From the NCBI GenBank assembly GCA_963787955.1, contig CAWBFG010000038.1, positions 82,521 through 106,520 on the forward strand: a DNA stretch of 24,000 bases, in the 5' to 3' direction. This document shows, in pieces, positions 1 to 8,149 of this stretch. Position numbers and translations under genes: made by a program. Each line of letters begins with the position of its first letter. The first letter of the stretch is position 1. Origin of the DNA: an uncultured Alphaproteobacteria bacterium (GTDB lineage Bacteria > Pseudomonadota > Alphaproteobacteria > Rhizobiales > Xanthobacteraceae). The notes beneath the pieces were generated by a model that worked only from the letters and a program-made list of their open reading frames with translations, did not search any database and was not told where the DNA came from.

Positions 1-93
1 TCCGGCATCGCACTCGGCTTCGACCGGTTGGCGATGCTCGCCGCGGGAGCCACGCGCATCGAGCAGGTGCTGTCGGCGCCGGTCGCGGGTTAG
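1..93 (+). CDS. 3' end of a class-II aminoacyl-tRNA-synthetase-like gene, possibly EF-P lysine ligase EpmA/GenX (partial, starts outside the window)
   Basis: Reading from base 1 gives SGIALGFDRLAMLAAGATRIEQVLSAPVAG*, with stop TAG at 91-93. G-x-G-x-G-x-DRL is class II aaRS motif 3, and the tail resembles EpmA/PoxA C-termini as I remember them. Only 30 aa are visible. Confidence 0.45.
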   Translation, partial: SGIALGFDRLAMLAAGATRIEQVLSAPVAG

Positions 94-211
94 GTTGAAA
101 GCGGCTACCCATTTCCTTTTCCCGTTTGCGGAAAAGTGACGAACTGCTCCGCTTTAGCTTGACGCCGCTTTGCATTACCCTTTGCGCAACGACAAACGAG
201 GGAGGCAGATC

Positions 212-1174
212 ATGCGCGCGCGCTGCGCTGCGGCCGGCTTGCTGGCGGTCATCGCCATCGAGCTCTCCACGCCTGCCCTGGCGCAGACGCTGCCGTCTCA
301 GATCATCGTGGTGGTGCCCTATGCCGCAGGCGGCTCGACCGATGCCTTCGCACGCCTGGTGACGCCATACCTGGCCGAGCGCCTCGGCAGCCGGATCGTG
401 ATCGAGAACCGCAGCGGCGGCGCCGGCAGCATCGGCGCCAAGCGCGTGATCCAATCGCCGCCCGACGGCGCCACCGTGCTGCTCACCACTGCGACGCTCG
501 CGGTGAACGACATCTCGCAGAAGAAGGGCTTCTCCAACGACGAATTGCGCACCGTCGCCATCGTGGCGTCGAGCCCGGACATTCTGACGCTGCATCCCAG
601 CAACCCGGCGAAGTCGCTCGACGACCTGGTGCACAATGCAAAGGACGGCAAGAGTATCACCATGAGCAGCGGCGGCGTCGGCACCACGCCGTGGATCGTC
701 GCGGAATATTTCTTCCAGGAGGTCGGCAAGGTCAAAGCGGTGCACGTGCCGTTCGCCGGTGGCGGACCTGCGATCGCTGCGGCGATCGGCAACCACGTCG
801 ACGTGTTCGCCGGCAATGTCGCGACGGCGGCGGCGCCGATCAGCCAAGGCCAGCTTCGTGGCATCGTACTCGGTGCCGCGGCCCGCAGCCCGCTGGCGCC
901 GGACGTGCCGACCTTCGCCGAGGTCGGCTATCCGAACTTCAGCCCGCTCAACTGGATCGGCCTGTTTGTGCCGCTCAAGACGCCGGAGCCGATCGTGGTG
1001 AAGCTCAACGCCGAGATCAACGCCGTGCTCAAAGAGCCGGAGGTGCAGCGCAAACTCGTAGCCGGCGGATTCGACCTCATGATCCAATCGCCAGCCGAAG
1101 CCGCGGTCATGTTCAAGCGCGACATCACCAGCTGGGCCAAGATGTCCCGCGCCATCGGCTATCTGCCGGATTGA
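212..1174 (+). CDS. Bug/TctC-family tripartite tricarboxylate transporter substrate-binding protein (periplasmic)
   Basis: SD GAGGGAGG at 198-205 sits 6 nt before ATG 212; the track start at 170 has no SD. The signal peptide is MRARCAAAGLLAVIAIELSTPALA|Q. Bug-family blocks are present: VVVPYAAGGSTD, ENRSGGAG, PDGATVLL, GVGTTPWIVAEYF, VPFAGGGPA. Confidence 0.9.
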   Translation: MRARCAAAGLLAVIAIELSTPALAQTLPSQIIVVVPYAAGGSTDAFARLVTPYLAERLGSRIVIENRSGGAGSIGAKRVIQSPPDGATVLLTTATLAVNDISQKKGFSNDELRTVAIVASSPDILTLHPSNPAKSLDDLVHNAKDGKSITMSSGGVGTTPWIVAEYFFQEVGKVKAVHVPFAGGGPAIAAAIGNHVDVFAGNVATAAAPISQGQLRGIVLGAAARSPLAPDVPTFAEVGYPNFSPLNWIGLFVPLKTPEPIVVKLNAEINAVLKEPEVQRKLVAGGFDLMIQSPAEAAVMFKRDITSWAKMSRAIGYLPD

Positions 1175-1225
1175 ATCTCGCCCGCTCTCTCCGTTTCTCC
1201 CCCCGAAAGGCAGGGCAATCGCATT

Positions 1226-1364
1226 TGGTGGCAGTTCAACCGTGACGAATTCTGGCAGCAGTATCACAAGCGCAGCAACGTCGAAGTCCACGTTCTCGAT
1301 GATCAAGGCCAAGTGAACCGGCTTCGCTGCTTCAACATGAGATGCTGGGCGATGTCCGCTTTGG
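1226..1364 (+). pseudogene. Degenerate C-terminal fragment of a DDE (IS4/IS5-type) transposase
   Basis: Translation gives WWQFNRDEFWQQYHKRSNVE, then after a 1-nt shift STFSMIKAK followed by a stop. This matches the Y-H-K-R-S-N-V-E-x-x-F-S-M-I-K-x-K motif I recall near the C-terminus of one DDE transposase family. There is no start codon or upstream body, and the frame is broken. Confidence 0.3.
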
Positions 1365-1859
1365 GTGTGCGCCGTGGAAAGGCGGCGTTTTCCAGTGGGT
1401 GCAAGCCCCACTCGGCGACCGCTCCAGCCGGAAGCAATCGGAGCAGTCATGGAGGTAACGAAGTGGCTGAAGCCTTCGATTAGCGTGTCACGAATCGGTG
1501 ACAGCGCGAGTGTGCAGGCCGCAACGCGAGTGAACGCTGAGCAAGCCTCGAAAAGGACGATGCGCAGGCCGACCCGACAACCCTTTCGGGGAAGGCTGGT
1601 ACGGCTGGGTGAATGAGCGAAGCAAGACGCCCAGACGCTGCGCCGGGGTAGTGGCGGCGGCATGTACACAAGGAAGACGCACGCAACACGGGAAGCCCCA
1701 AGGTGTGGTCAGGGATGACCAACCGGACGCCCGCGAGGGACAGGCCGGATGCCCTGGGGTGGCGGAGAGGTTCGCAGTACCGCGGAAGCCGGGTAACGCC
1801 GGTGGAGGGAAGGGGCCTCAGTTCAAGACAGACGCAATACGTGGTGAGGGACCTGGAGA

Positions 1860-3191
1860 TTGGGCAACCTATCAACTCCGAAATCTGTCCAGAAACTGCA
1901 GAAGGCGTTGCACGCGAAAGCTAAGGCGGAAGCTGGCTATCGCTTTTATACCCTGTACGACAAGATCAGCCGCGAGGACATCCTGGCTCACGCCTATGCC
2001 CAGTGCCGCTCCAACAAGGGCGCGCCTGGCATGGACGGACAGGATTTTGCGGACATCGACGCGTATGGGGTGCAGCGGTGGCTCGGCGAACTGGCGCTTG
2101 CGCTCAGGCAGGAGACTTACCGACCGGACCGCATCAGAAGAGTGTTCATACCGAAGGCCAACGGCAAACTCAGGCCGCTGGGCATCTCAACCGTGCGGGA
2201 TCGGGTCTGCATGACAGCAGCGACGCTGGTGCTGGAACCGATCTTCGAAGCCGATCTTCCACCAGAGCAGTACGCCTACCGTCCCGGGCGAAACGCCCAA
2301 CAGGCGGTGGTCGAGGTGGATGGGCTGCTGTTCCGCGGCCACCCGGAAGTCGTTGACGCCGACCTCGCGGACTACTTCGGGAGCATCCCTCATGCCGAAC
2401 TCTTGAAGTCGGCAGCGCGCCGGATTGTTGATCGACGCGTGCTGCATCTGATCAAGATGTGGCTGGAATGCTCCGTGGAGGAAACCGATGATCGAGGACG
2501 GAAGACACGCACGACCGAAGTTCGGGACAAGCGGCGCGGCATTCCGCAAGGGTCACCCATCTCACCGCTGCTGGCGAATTTTTCCATGCGCCGGTTCGTG
2601 TTGGGATGGAAGATGCTCGGGCTGGAGCGAAGCCTCGGCACTCGCCTCGTGACCTACGCCGACGATCTTGTGATCCTGTGCAAGAAGGGCAAAGCCGATG
2701 AGGCGCTGCAGCAACTGCGCAGGATCATGAGCAAGCTGAAGCTCACGCTCAACGAGGAGAAGACACGCATCTGCAAGGTGCCGGAAGGAGAGTTCGACTT
2801 TCTGGGCTACACGTTCGGACAGATGCATTCTGCGAGAACCGGCCAGGCGCGCCTGGGATATCGGCCATCGAAGAAGAGCATCAAGCGCATGGTTGAGAAA
2901 ATCCATGCACTGACAGACCGAACGGGGACATCGCAAGAAACCGCAAAGCTGGTGGGTAAGTTGAACCGCACGCTACGCGGATGGGCGAACTACTTCGAAG
3001 TAGGCACCGTCACCAAAGCGTATCGGGTGATCGACAGCTACACCGCGGTGCGGTTGCGCCGGTGGTTGCGCATCAAGCACAAGGTCAGACAACGCAGGGG
3101 CGGAACCTATCCACTCTCGCACCTCTACGGGCACTTCGGGCTCGTACGCCTGGGCCGGCTTGGGCACGACACGCCGTGGGCGAAGGCGTGA
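1860..3191 (+). CDS. Group II intron-encoded reverse transcriptase/maturase (no endonuclease domain)
   Basis: The ORF is 443 aa. TTG 1860 is the first possible start after the in-frame TGA at 1845-1847. RT blocks include [43 protein letters not shown] and the YADD box ([11 protein letters not shown]). The maturase/X region is [12 protein letters not shown]. No HNH or Cys-rich En domain is present at the C-terminus. Confidence 0.93.
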   Translation: MGNLSTPKSVQKLQKALHAKAKAEAGYRFYTLYDKISREDILAHAYAQCRSNKGAPGMDGQDFADIDAYGVQRWLGELALALRQETYRPDRIRRVFIPKANGKLRPLGISTVRDRVCMTAATLVLEPIFEADLPPEQYAYRPGRNAQQAVVEVDGLLFRGHPEVVDADLADYFGSIPHAELLKSAARRIVDRRVLHLIKMWLECSVEETDDRGRKTRTTEVRDKRRGIPQGSPISPLLANFSMRRFVLGWKMLGLERSLGTRLVTYADDLVILCKKGKADEALQQLRRIMSKLKLTLNEEKTRICKVPEGEFDFLGYTFGQMHSARTGQARLGYRPSKKSIKRMVEKIHALTDRTGTSQETAKLVGKLNRTLRGWANYFEVGTVTKAYRVIDSYTAVRLRRWLRIKHKVRQRRGGTYPLSHLYGHFGLVRLGRLGHDTPWAKA

Positions 3192-3203
3192 GGTCTTGTC
3201 CGA

Positions 3204-3236
3204 GAGCCGGATGCGGGAGATCTGCATGTCCGGTTC
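3204..3236 (+). ncRNA. Group II intron domain V (catalytic hairpin)
   Basis: GAGCCGGATGCGGGAGATCTGCATGTCCGGTTC closely parallels the DV consensus GAGCCGUAUGCGAUGAAAGUCGCACGUACGGUUC. It has the AGC triad at positions 2-4, a 2-nt bulge (GT) in the 3' strand and a GAGA-type loop. Confidence 0.85.
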
Positions 3237-3723
3237 GATGAGCGGGATGTGGAAACGGAGCCATGGTCGAACCATTGAGGCACCGCCAGACGAAAGAGGC
3301 GGCAACAGATATGTTGGACCTACAGCCACCGCGTCACATCCCGACTCCACCATTCACGTCGTTTTTGGCCCATCCGTGCAACGTCCGCTTTACCCTTGAA
3401 AGCCGACCTCATAGCGGACATGCCGCAAGTCGGTTTAGGAAGGTGTTCAGCGATTAACTTGTCGACCCGCTATTGTTCTTACGTCCGGCAACCCCAAGTA
3501 ATGTATAAAGGACAAGCAGCGGTTTGTCCGAGAGCTGCCCATAAAGCGGGGACGTACCGAAGTCTCCGCTCCTTCCAGGTGGCAGCACTGGTGCTGTCGG
3601 CAGGCACAAAATCGTTCCAAGTTGAGCTTCGTTCGGCGCGGGTGCCATCAGCAACCGCGTCCGTGCGTGCCCACTGCTTGTGCTGCTTGCAGCGCAAGTC
3701 CCTCTCATCGAAAGGCGAAAGCC

Positions 3724-4086
3724 ATGCAAGTCCCTTCAATCCTGCAGGGCGAGTCGTTGACCCGTCTTCTGCAAGGCGCAGCGGGCGGCGCTGTGGCAAC
3801 CATAGTCATCGGCTTCTACTGGAGCGGATGGACGCTCGGAAGTACCGCCGAGAAGCAGGTCAAGGATGCCGAACAGGCGAGTATCGTGCGAGTGTTGGCA
3901 CCGATCTGCGCCGACAAATTCCAACGGTCCGCCGATGCCAGCGCAAATCTGCAGGCGCTCAATAGGGCAAACTCATGGAAGCGGGATGAGATTATACAAA
4001 AGGCCGGGTGGGCAACGTTCCCCGGCTCGGAGCCTGACCGCAAAGTGGCAGAGGCCTGCGCCAACCTGCTTAGTCAGGCGAAGTAA
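3724..4086 (+). CDS. Hypothetical small membrane protein (120 aa, one predicted TM helix)
   Basis: ATG 3724 lies inside track ORF 3622-4086. The translation MQVPSILQGESLTRLLQGAAGGAVATIVIGFYWSGWTLG... has one hydrophobic helix and then a soluble tail. The SD is weak (AAAGG). The region has lower GC than its surroundings. I recognise no family. Confidence 0.5.
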   Translation: MQVPSILQGESLTRLLQGAAGGAVATIVIGFYWSGWTLGSTAEKQVKDAEQASIVRVLAPICADKFQRSADASANLQALNRANSWKRDEIIQKAGWATFPGSEPDRKVAEACANLLSQAK

Positions 4087-4102
4087 GTTTCGATGCAAAC
4101 AA

Positions 4103-4122
4103 CCCCGGCTTAAACGCCGGGG
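4103..4122. terminator. GC-rich hairpin after the 3724-4086 ORF (possible terminator)
   Basis: CCCCGGC (4103-4109), loop TTAAAC, GCCGGGG (4116-4122), located 17 nt after the stop. There is no clear U-run on the + strand. The complement is followed by TTGTTTG. Confidence 0.4.
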
Positions 4123-4167
4123 CGGTGCACAGAGAGAATTTTAAAATTTTGAACTCAGGTGATTCTT

Positions 4168-4299
4168 ATGACCAACGCTAATGAGTTGACCAATCAACCG
4201 ACGAGTAGTCCAAGTAGCAAACCAAAACTTACAATGCTCGCTTGCGCGCTGGGGTTCATCATTTTGGTTGTGCTGTACACCAAAGTGATCGGATTTTAA
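4168..4299 (+). CDS. Candidate 43-aa small membrane peptide (below the ORF-track length cutoff)
   Basis: SD AGGTGA at 4157-4162 sits 5 nt before ATG 4168. The translation is MTNANELTNQPTSSPSSKPKLTMLACALGFIILVVLYTKVIGF*, a polar N-terminus followed by one C-terminal TM helix. Stop TAA is at 4297-4299. A 7-bp hairpin at 4305-4323 follows directly. Confidence 0.35.
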   Translation: MTNANELTNQPTSSPSSKPKLTMLACALGFIILVVLYTKVIGF

Positions 4300-4396
4300 C
4301 AACTCCTCTGGAGTTTCCGGAGGGCGCTTCAGTTGGCAAATGGCAGCCGCCACAGCAGGAAACAAAATCCGCATGCTGAGGCCGTGTTAGCTGATC

Positions 4397-6499
4397 ATGC
4401 CCACTGGAGCCACGATGAACGGTATTGTCACGCTGAGGAATAGCGGACGCAGCGAAACCGCCAACTCGCCACAGGAGGAAGGGGTGCCGAAGGAGGAGGG
4501 TTCCGCGACCCTGCCCGACAGCCCGCTGCTCGACCTCGCGGACGCCGCCGTCAAGCAGATGATCAAGGGGGCCAAGAAGCGCGGCTACGTCACCCACGAC
4601 CAGCTCAACGCTGTGCTGCCTTCCGAGAAGGTCTCCTCCGACCAGATCGAGGACGTCTACGCAATGCTCAACGAAATGGGCATCAACGTGGTGGATCCTG
4701 AGGAGGCCGAGCAGGACGACGAAAACAAGCCGGTCGAGGAGGCCGACGACGACGAGAGCGATGGCGAGTTGGTGCCGATCGCCGCCAAGGTTCCCGCCAA
4801 GGCCGAGAAGTCCCAGCCATCCGAGCGCACCGACGATCCGGTGCGGATGTATCTGCGTGAGATGGGCTCGTTGCAGCTCCTCTCCCGCGAGGGCGAGATC
4901 GCGATCGCCAAGCGCATCGAGGCCGGCCGCGAAGCGATGATCGCGGGCCTGTGCGAGAGCCCGATGACCTTCCAGGCCATCATCATCTGGCGCGATGAGT
5001 TGAACGACGGCAAGGTGTTCCTGCGCGACATCATCGATCTGGAAGCGACCCACGCCGGCCCCGACGCCAAGGGTATGCAGAACCCCGGTGCGCCTGGCGC
5101 CGGAGGAACCAGCGGCGCCAACGGCGGCACCCCGCCGTTTGCCGCGGCGCCGCCGGCCGCGCCGGCGTTCAAGGTTGTCGGCGCGCCGCAACTGCCGGAA
5201 GGCGAGTTCGATGACGACGACATGGAGAACTCGCTGTCGCTCGCCGCGATCGAGGCCGAGCTCAAGCCCAAGGTGCTGGAGACGTTCGACACCGTCGCCT
5301 CGACCTACAAGCGGCTGCGCCGCCTGCAGGACCAGGACATCGCGTTCCGGCTCAAGAGCGCCTCGCTGTCGCCGAGCCAGGAGCGCAAGTACAAGAAGCT
5401 GCAGGAAGAGATCATCGCCGAGGTGAAGTCGCTGCGGCTGAACCAGCAGCGCATCGACGCGCTGGTCGAGCAGCTCTACGACATCAACAAGCGCCTGGTC
5501 GGCTACGAGGGCCGGCTGTTCCGCCTTTCCGAGAGCTATGGCGTGGCGCGCGACGACTTCCTGAAGAACTACCGGGGCTCCGAGCTCGACCCGCGCTGGC
5601 TCAACCGCGTTTCCAAGCTGAGCGCGAAGGGCTGGAAGAACCTGGTCGCCAAGGACAAGGACCGCGTCAAGGCGATCCGCCATGACATCCAGACGCTGGC
5701 CGGCGAGACCGGGCTCGAGATCGCCGAGTTCCGCAAGATCGTCCAGATGGTGCAGAAGGGCGAGCGCGAGGCGCGCCAGGCCAAGAAGGAGATGGTGGAG
5801 GCCAACCTCCGGCTGGTGATCTCGATCGCCAAGAAATACACCAATCGCGGCCTGCAATTCCTCGACCTGATCCAGGAAGGCAACATCGGCCTGATGAAGG
5901 CGGTCGACAAGTTCGACTACCGTCGCGGCTACAAGTTCTCGACCTACGCAACCTGGTGGATCCGCCAGGCGGTCAGCCGCTCGATCGCCGACCAGGCGCG
6001 CACCATCCGTATCCCGGTGCACATGATCGAGGTGATCGGCAAGATCGTGCGCACGAGCCGCCAGATGATCAGCGAGATCGGCCGCGAGCCGACGCCGGAG
6101 GAACTCGCCGAGAAGCTCCACATGCCGCTTGAGAGGGTGCGCAAGGGGCTCAAGATTGCCAAGGAGCCGTTGTCACTCGAGACTCCAATCGGAGACGAGG
6201 AGGATTCGCACCTCGGCGATTTCATCGAGGACAAGAACGCAATCCTGCCGATCGACGCCGCCATCCAGTCGAACCTGCGCGAGACCACGACGCTGGTGCT
6301 GGCTTCTCTCACTCCGAGAGAAGAACGCATTCTTCGCATGCGCTTCGGCATCGGCATGAACAGCGACCACACGCTCGAGGAGGTCGGCAACCAGTTCTCG
6401 GTGACCCGCGAGCGCATCCGCCAGATCGAGGCGAAGGCACTGCGGAAGCTCAGACACCCGAGCCGATCAAGGGCGTACAGGAGCTTTCTCGATAATTGA
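4397..6499 (+). CDS. rpoD: RNA polymerase primary-type sigma factor (sigma-70 family, group 1 architecture)
   Basis: Region 1.1 is [28 protein letters not shown] and region 1.2 is [12 protein letters not shown] long acidic, Pro/Ala-rich non-conserved region follows. Region 2 is [58 protein letters not shown] and region 4 is [23 protein letters not shown]. The start may instead be ATG 4415, which has GGAG at 4406-4409 five nt upstream. Confidence 0.93.
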   Translation: MPTGATMNGIVTLRNSGRSETANSPQEEGVPKEEGSATLPDSPLLDLADAAVKQMIKGAKKRGYVTHDQLNAVLPSEKVSSDQIEDVYAMLNEMGINVVDPEEAEQDDENKPVEEADDDESDGELVPIAAKVPAKAEKSQPSERTDDPVRMYLREMGSLQLLSREGEIAIAKRIEAGREAMIAGLCESPMTFQAIIIWRDELNDGKVFLRDIIDLEATHAGPDAKGMQNPGAPGAGGTSGANGGTPPFAAAPPAAPAFKVVGAPQLPEGEFDDDDMENSLSLAAIEAELKPKVLETFDTVASTYKRLRRLQDQDIAFRLKSASLSPSQERKYKKLQEEIIAEVKSLRLNQQRIDALVEQLYDINKRLVGYEGRLFRLSESYGVARDDFLKNYRGSELDPRWLNRVSKLSAKGWKNLVAKDKDRVKAIRHDIQTLAGETGLEIAEFRKIVQMVQKGEREARQAKKEMVEANLRLVISIAKKYTNRGLQFLDLIQEGNIGLMKAVDKFDYRRGYKFSTYATWWIRQAVSRSIADQARTIRIPVHMIEVIGKIVRTSRQMISEIGREPTPEELAEKLHMPLERVRKGLKIAKEPLSLETPIGDEEDSHLGDFIEDKNAILPIDAAIQSNLRETTTLVLASLTPREERILRMRFGIGMNSDHTLEEVGNQFSVTRERIRQIEAKALRKLRHPSRSRAYRSFLDN

Positions 6500-7001
6500 C
6501 TTTGACCAAAAACCAAATGCTCGAGGTCGAGGCGCTGGACGCGCGCGCTAGCTGACGCGCGGGGCGAGTGCCCTGCCCGCCGCGATAACCGGCAAGCGAA
6601 CCGAACGCGGGAGGTGCGCCCGAGGGCGCCACGGCGCGGTGCGGAGCCGTGGACGGTTCCGCGCGCTGAAGAGGGCGCTTTGCGCTGCGTAGCCGTTGGC
6701 GGTCCCATTGACGAAAAAGCCGATCACCGGCGTCGGCCTTCTGCTTTGGCGTGAACCAGGTCCGTGCATTCCCACCGTCAAAAGCGGACATGGCGGCATG
6801 TTATGCAGGGCCCACGACTGCACAAAAGGCCGGTTGGATTTCAGGGTTGTTGTGCAAAGCCCTCTTAGGGGGAGGGAGCGCACCGCCCGTGCTGCACCAA
6901 ATGCGATGGTCTGCCCCCAATAAGGAGGTGTCGGAGTGGTCGCATTGACCCTGACGACTGCAGCGAACTAGGGTTCGCCACGACCAGACGGGGAGATTTT
7001 C

Positions 7002-7967
7002 ATGTTCCGAATTCGCGCCACCACCCTTGCCGCCGCGGCGATCGGCCTGACCGCCTTCACGCCAGCGGGTTTGGCGCAGTCCTATCCGTCGCAGAACGTC
7101 ACCATGATCGTGTCGTTCCCGGCCGGCGGCCTGGCCGACATCATCGGCCGGCTGGTGTCGAGCAAGCTGAGCGATCGTCTGAAGCAGAGCTTCGTGGTGG
7201 AGAACCGCGCTGGCGCCGGCGGCAATCTGGCGGCCAAGGCGGTGGCGGGCGCCGCGCCCGACGGCCACGTGCTGTTGACCACGACGTCGGCGCTGGCCGT
7301 CAACCACACCGCGTCGAAGAACAAGGGCTTCGAGACCAGCGACCTGCGGCCGGTGGCGTTCGTCGCCTACAGCCCCGACGTGCTCGCCGTGAACCCGAGC
7401 AATCCGGCGAAGGACCTCAAGCAATTCCTTGCCAACGCCAAGACCACCGCCTTCACCTATGGCAGCGCCGGGCTCGGCACTGGCCCGCAGATCGGCGCCG
7501 AGTATTTCTTCAAGGACGTCGCCAAGGTGAAGTACACGCACGTGCCGTTCCAGGGCGGCGTGCCGGCGATCACGGCGCTGCTCGGCGGCCACATCGACTC
7601 GCTGGTGCTCACCCTGCCGCCGGTCACGCCGCAGATCCGCGAGGGCAAGCTGCGCGGCCTCGGCGTCGCCAGCACCAAGCGCAATGCCGCGATCCCCGAT
7701 GTCCCGACCTACGCCGAAATGGGATATCCCAATATCGAGATCGGCTCGTGGGTCGCCGTTTTTGCGCCGGCGAAGACACCCGACGCAGTGGTCGCCAAGC
7801 TCAACGCCGAGATCACCGCCGCCATGAAGGACTCCGACGCGATGGAGCGGCTCGCCAAAGCCGGCTTCGATCCAATGGCGATGAGCGTCACCGAGGGCAA
7901 CAGCTACTTCAAGAACGAGATCGAGCGCTGGGGTACGATGGTGACGTCGGTCGGGTTTTCGAATTGA
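7002..7967 (+). CDS. Bug/TctC-family tripartite tricarboxylate transporter substrate-binding protein (second paralog)
   Basis: An SD (GGGGAG) lies just upstream of ATG 7002. The signal peptide is MFRIRATTLAAAAIGLTAFTPAGLA|Q. It carries the same family blocks as 212-1174: SFPAGGLAD, ENRAGAGG, PDGHVLL, GLGTGPQIGAEYF, VPFQGGVPA. Confidence 0.9.
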   Translation: MFRIRATTLAAAAIGLTAFTPAGLAQSYPSQNVTMIVSFPAGGLADIIGRLVSSKLSDRLKQSFVVENRAGAGGNLAAKAVAGAAPDGHVLLTTTSALAVNHTASKNKGFETSDLRPVAFVAYSPDVLAVNPSNPAKDLKQFLANAKTTAFTYGSAGLGTGPQIGAEYFFKDVAKVKYTHVPFQGGVPAITALLGGHIDSLVLTLPPVTPQIREGKLRGLGVASTKRNAAIPDVPTYAEMGYPNIEIGSWVAVFAPAKTPDAVVAKLNAEITAAMKDSDAMERLAKAGFDPMAMSVTEGNSYFKNEIERWGTMVTSVGFSN

Positions 7968-8021
7968 GCAACGCTGCCTCCGCTTGGCGCCGTCCTTCGC
8001 TGCAATAGCCCACCCTCCAGT

Positions 8022-8133
8022 GTCATCGCCCGCGCAAGCGGGCGGTCCAGTACCTGAGGTGCTTGTGATGGAGGCAGTGGAGCGTTATCGCTGGCGGCAG
8101 TGAGTACTGGATGCCCGCGCTGGCGGGCATGAC
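8022..8133. repeat. Pair of inverted REP-like units (about 30 nt each, each with an internal GCCCGC/GCGGGC hairpin)
   Basis: Unit 1 (8022-8053) is GTCATCGCCCGCGCAAGCGGGCGGTCCAGTAC. Unit 2 (8104-8133) is GTACTGGATGCCCGCGCTGGCGGGCATGAC, whose reverse complement is GTCATGCCCGCCAGCGCGGGCATCCAGTAC. The type is familiar from intergenic repeats in Bradyrhizobium and Rhodopseudomonas genomes. Confidence 0.7.
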
Positions 8134-8149
8134 AGTCCCGAGGATTGCC

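Larger units (their letters stand above)
1365..3323 (+). mobile_element. Group II intron, apparently full length (5' end at 1365 or 1367; 3' end approximate, 3275-3325)
   Basis: The 5' end fits the GUGYG consensus twice: GTGTG at 1365 and GTGCG at 1367. About 490 nt of non-coding sequence (DI-DIII) precede an intact IEP ORF at 1860-3191 in DIV. A canonical domain V follows 12 nt after the ORF stop. I could not place domain VI or the 3' splice site with confidence. Confidence 0.85.

Noticed and set aside
170-211. Upstream start codons given by the ORF track (170 for the first Bug gene; similarly 8111 for epmB and 20913 for the antiporter)
   Set aside because: Downstream starts at 212, 8150 and 20925 give sensible N-termini, and the first two have proper SD spacing. 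The 8111 extension is translated REP sequence.
1860-3191. Reverse transcriptase as a retron, DGR or defence-associated RT (a candidate novel system)
   Set aside because: The RT sits inside a structured element with a GUGYG 5' end and a canonical group II domain V 12 nt after its stop, and it carries a maturase X domain (RGWANYF). There is no msr/msd-like inverted-repeat layout, no template/variable repeat pair and no adjacent effector gene.
2973-3353. 126-aa minus ORF spanning the end of the intron
   Set aside because: It overlaps the RT ORF and domain V on the opposite strand and has no coding signature.
3437-3457. GGAAGGTGTTCAGCGATTAAC resembling the IS5 terminal inverted repeat (GGAAGGTG...)
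   Set aside because: Only the first 8 nt match, which is expected by chance about once in this window. The orientation is also wrong for a right end of the upstream transposase fragment, and no partner repeat was found.
4330-4350. TTGGCAAATGGCAGCC as a sigma-54 (GG-N10-GC) promoter for rpoD
   Set aside because: The spacing between the GG and GC dinucleotides does not fit the -24/-12 consensus in any register.
4141-4374. 77-aa minus-strand ORF
   Set aside because: It has no SD, an implausible sequence and no hydrophobic or domain pattern. The opposite-strand 43-aa ORF has an SD and a clear TM helix. The minus ORF is kept only as a possible antisense transcript region.
4259-6121. 620-aa ORF on the minus strand
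   Set aside because: It is entirely antisense to rpoD. The protein is a low-complexity L/A/R/D/G-rich string with no recognisable motifs. This is the classic high-GC antisense artefact.
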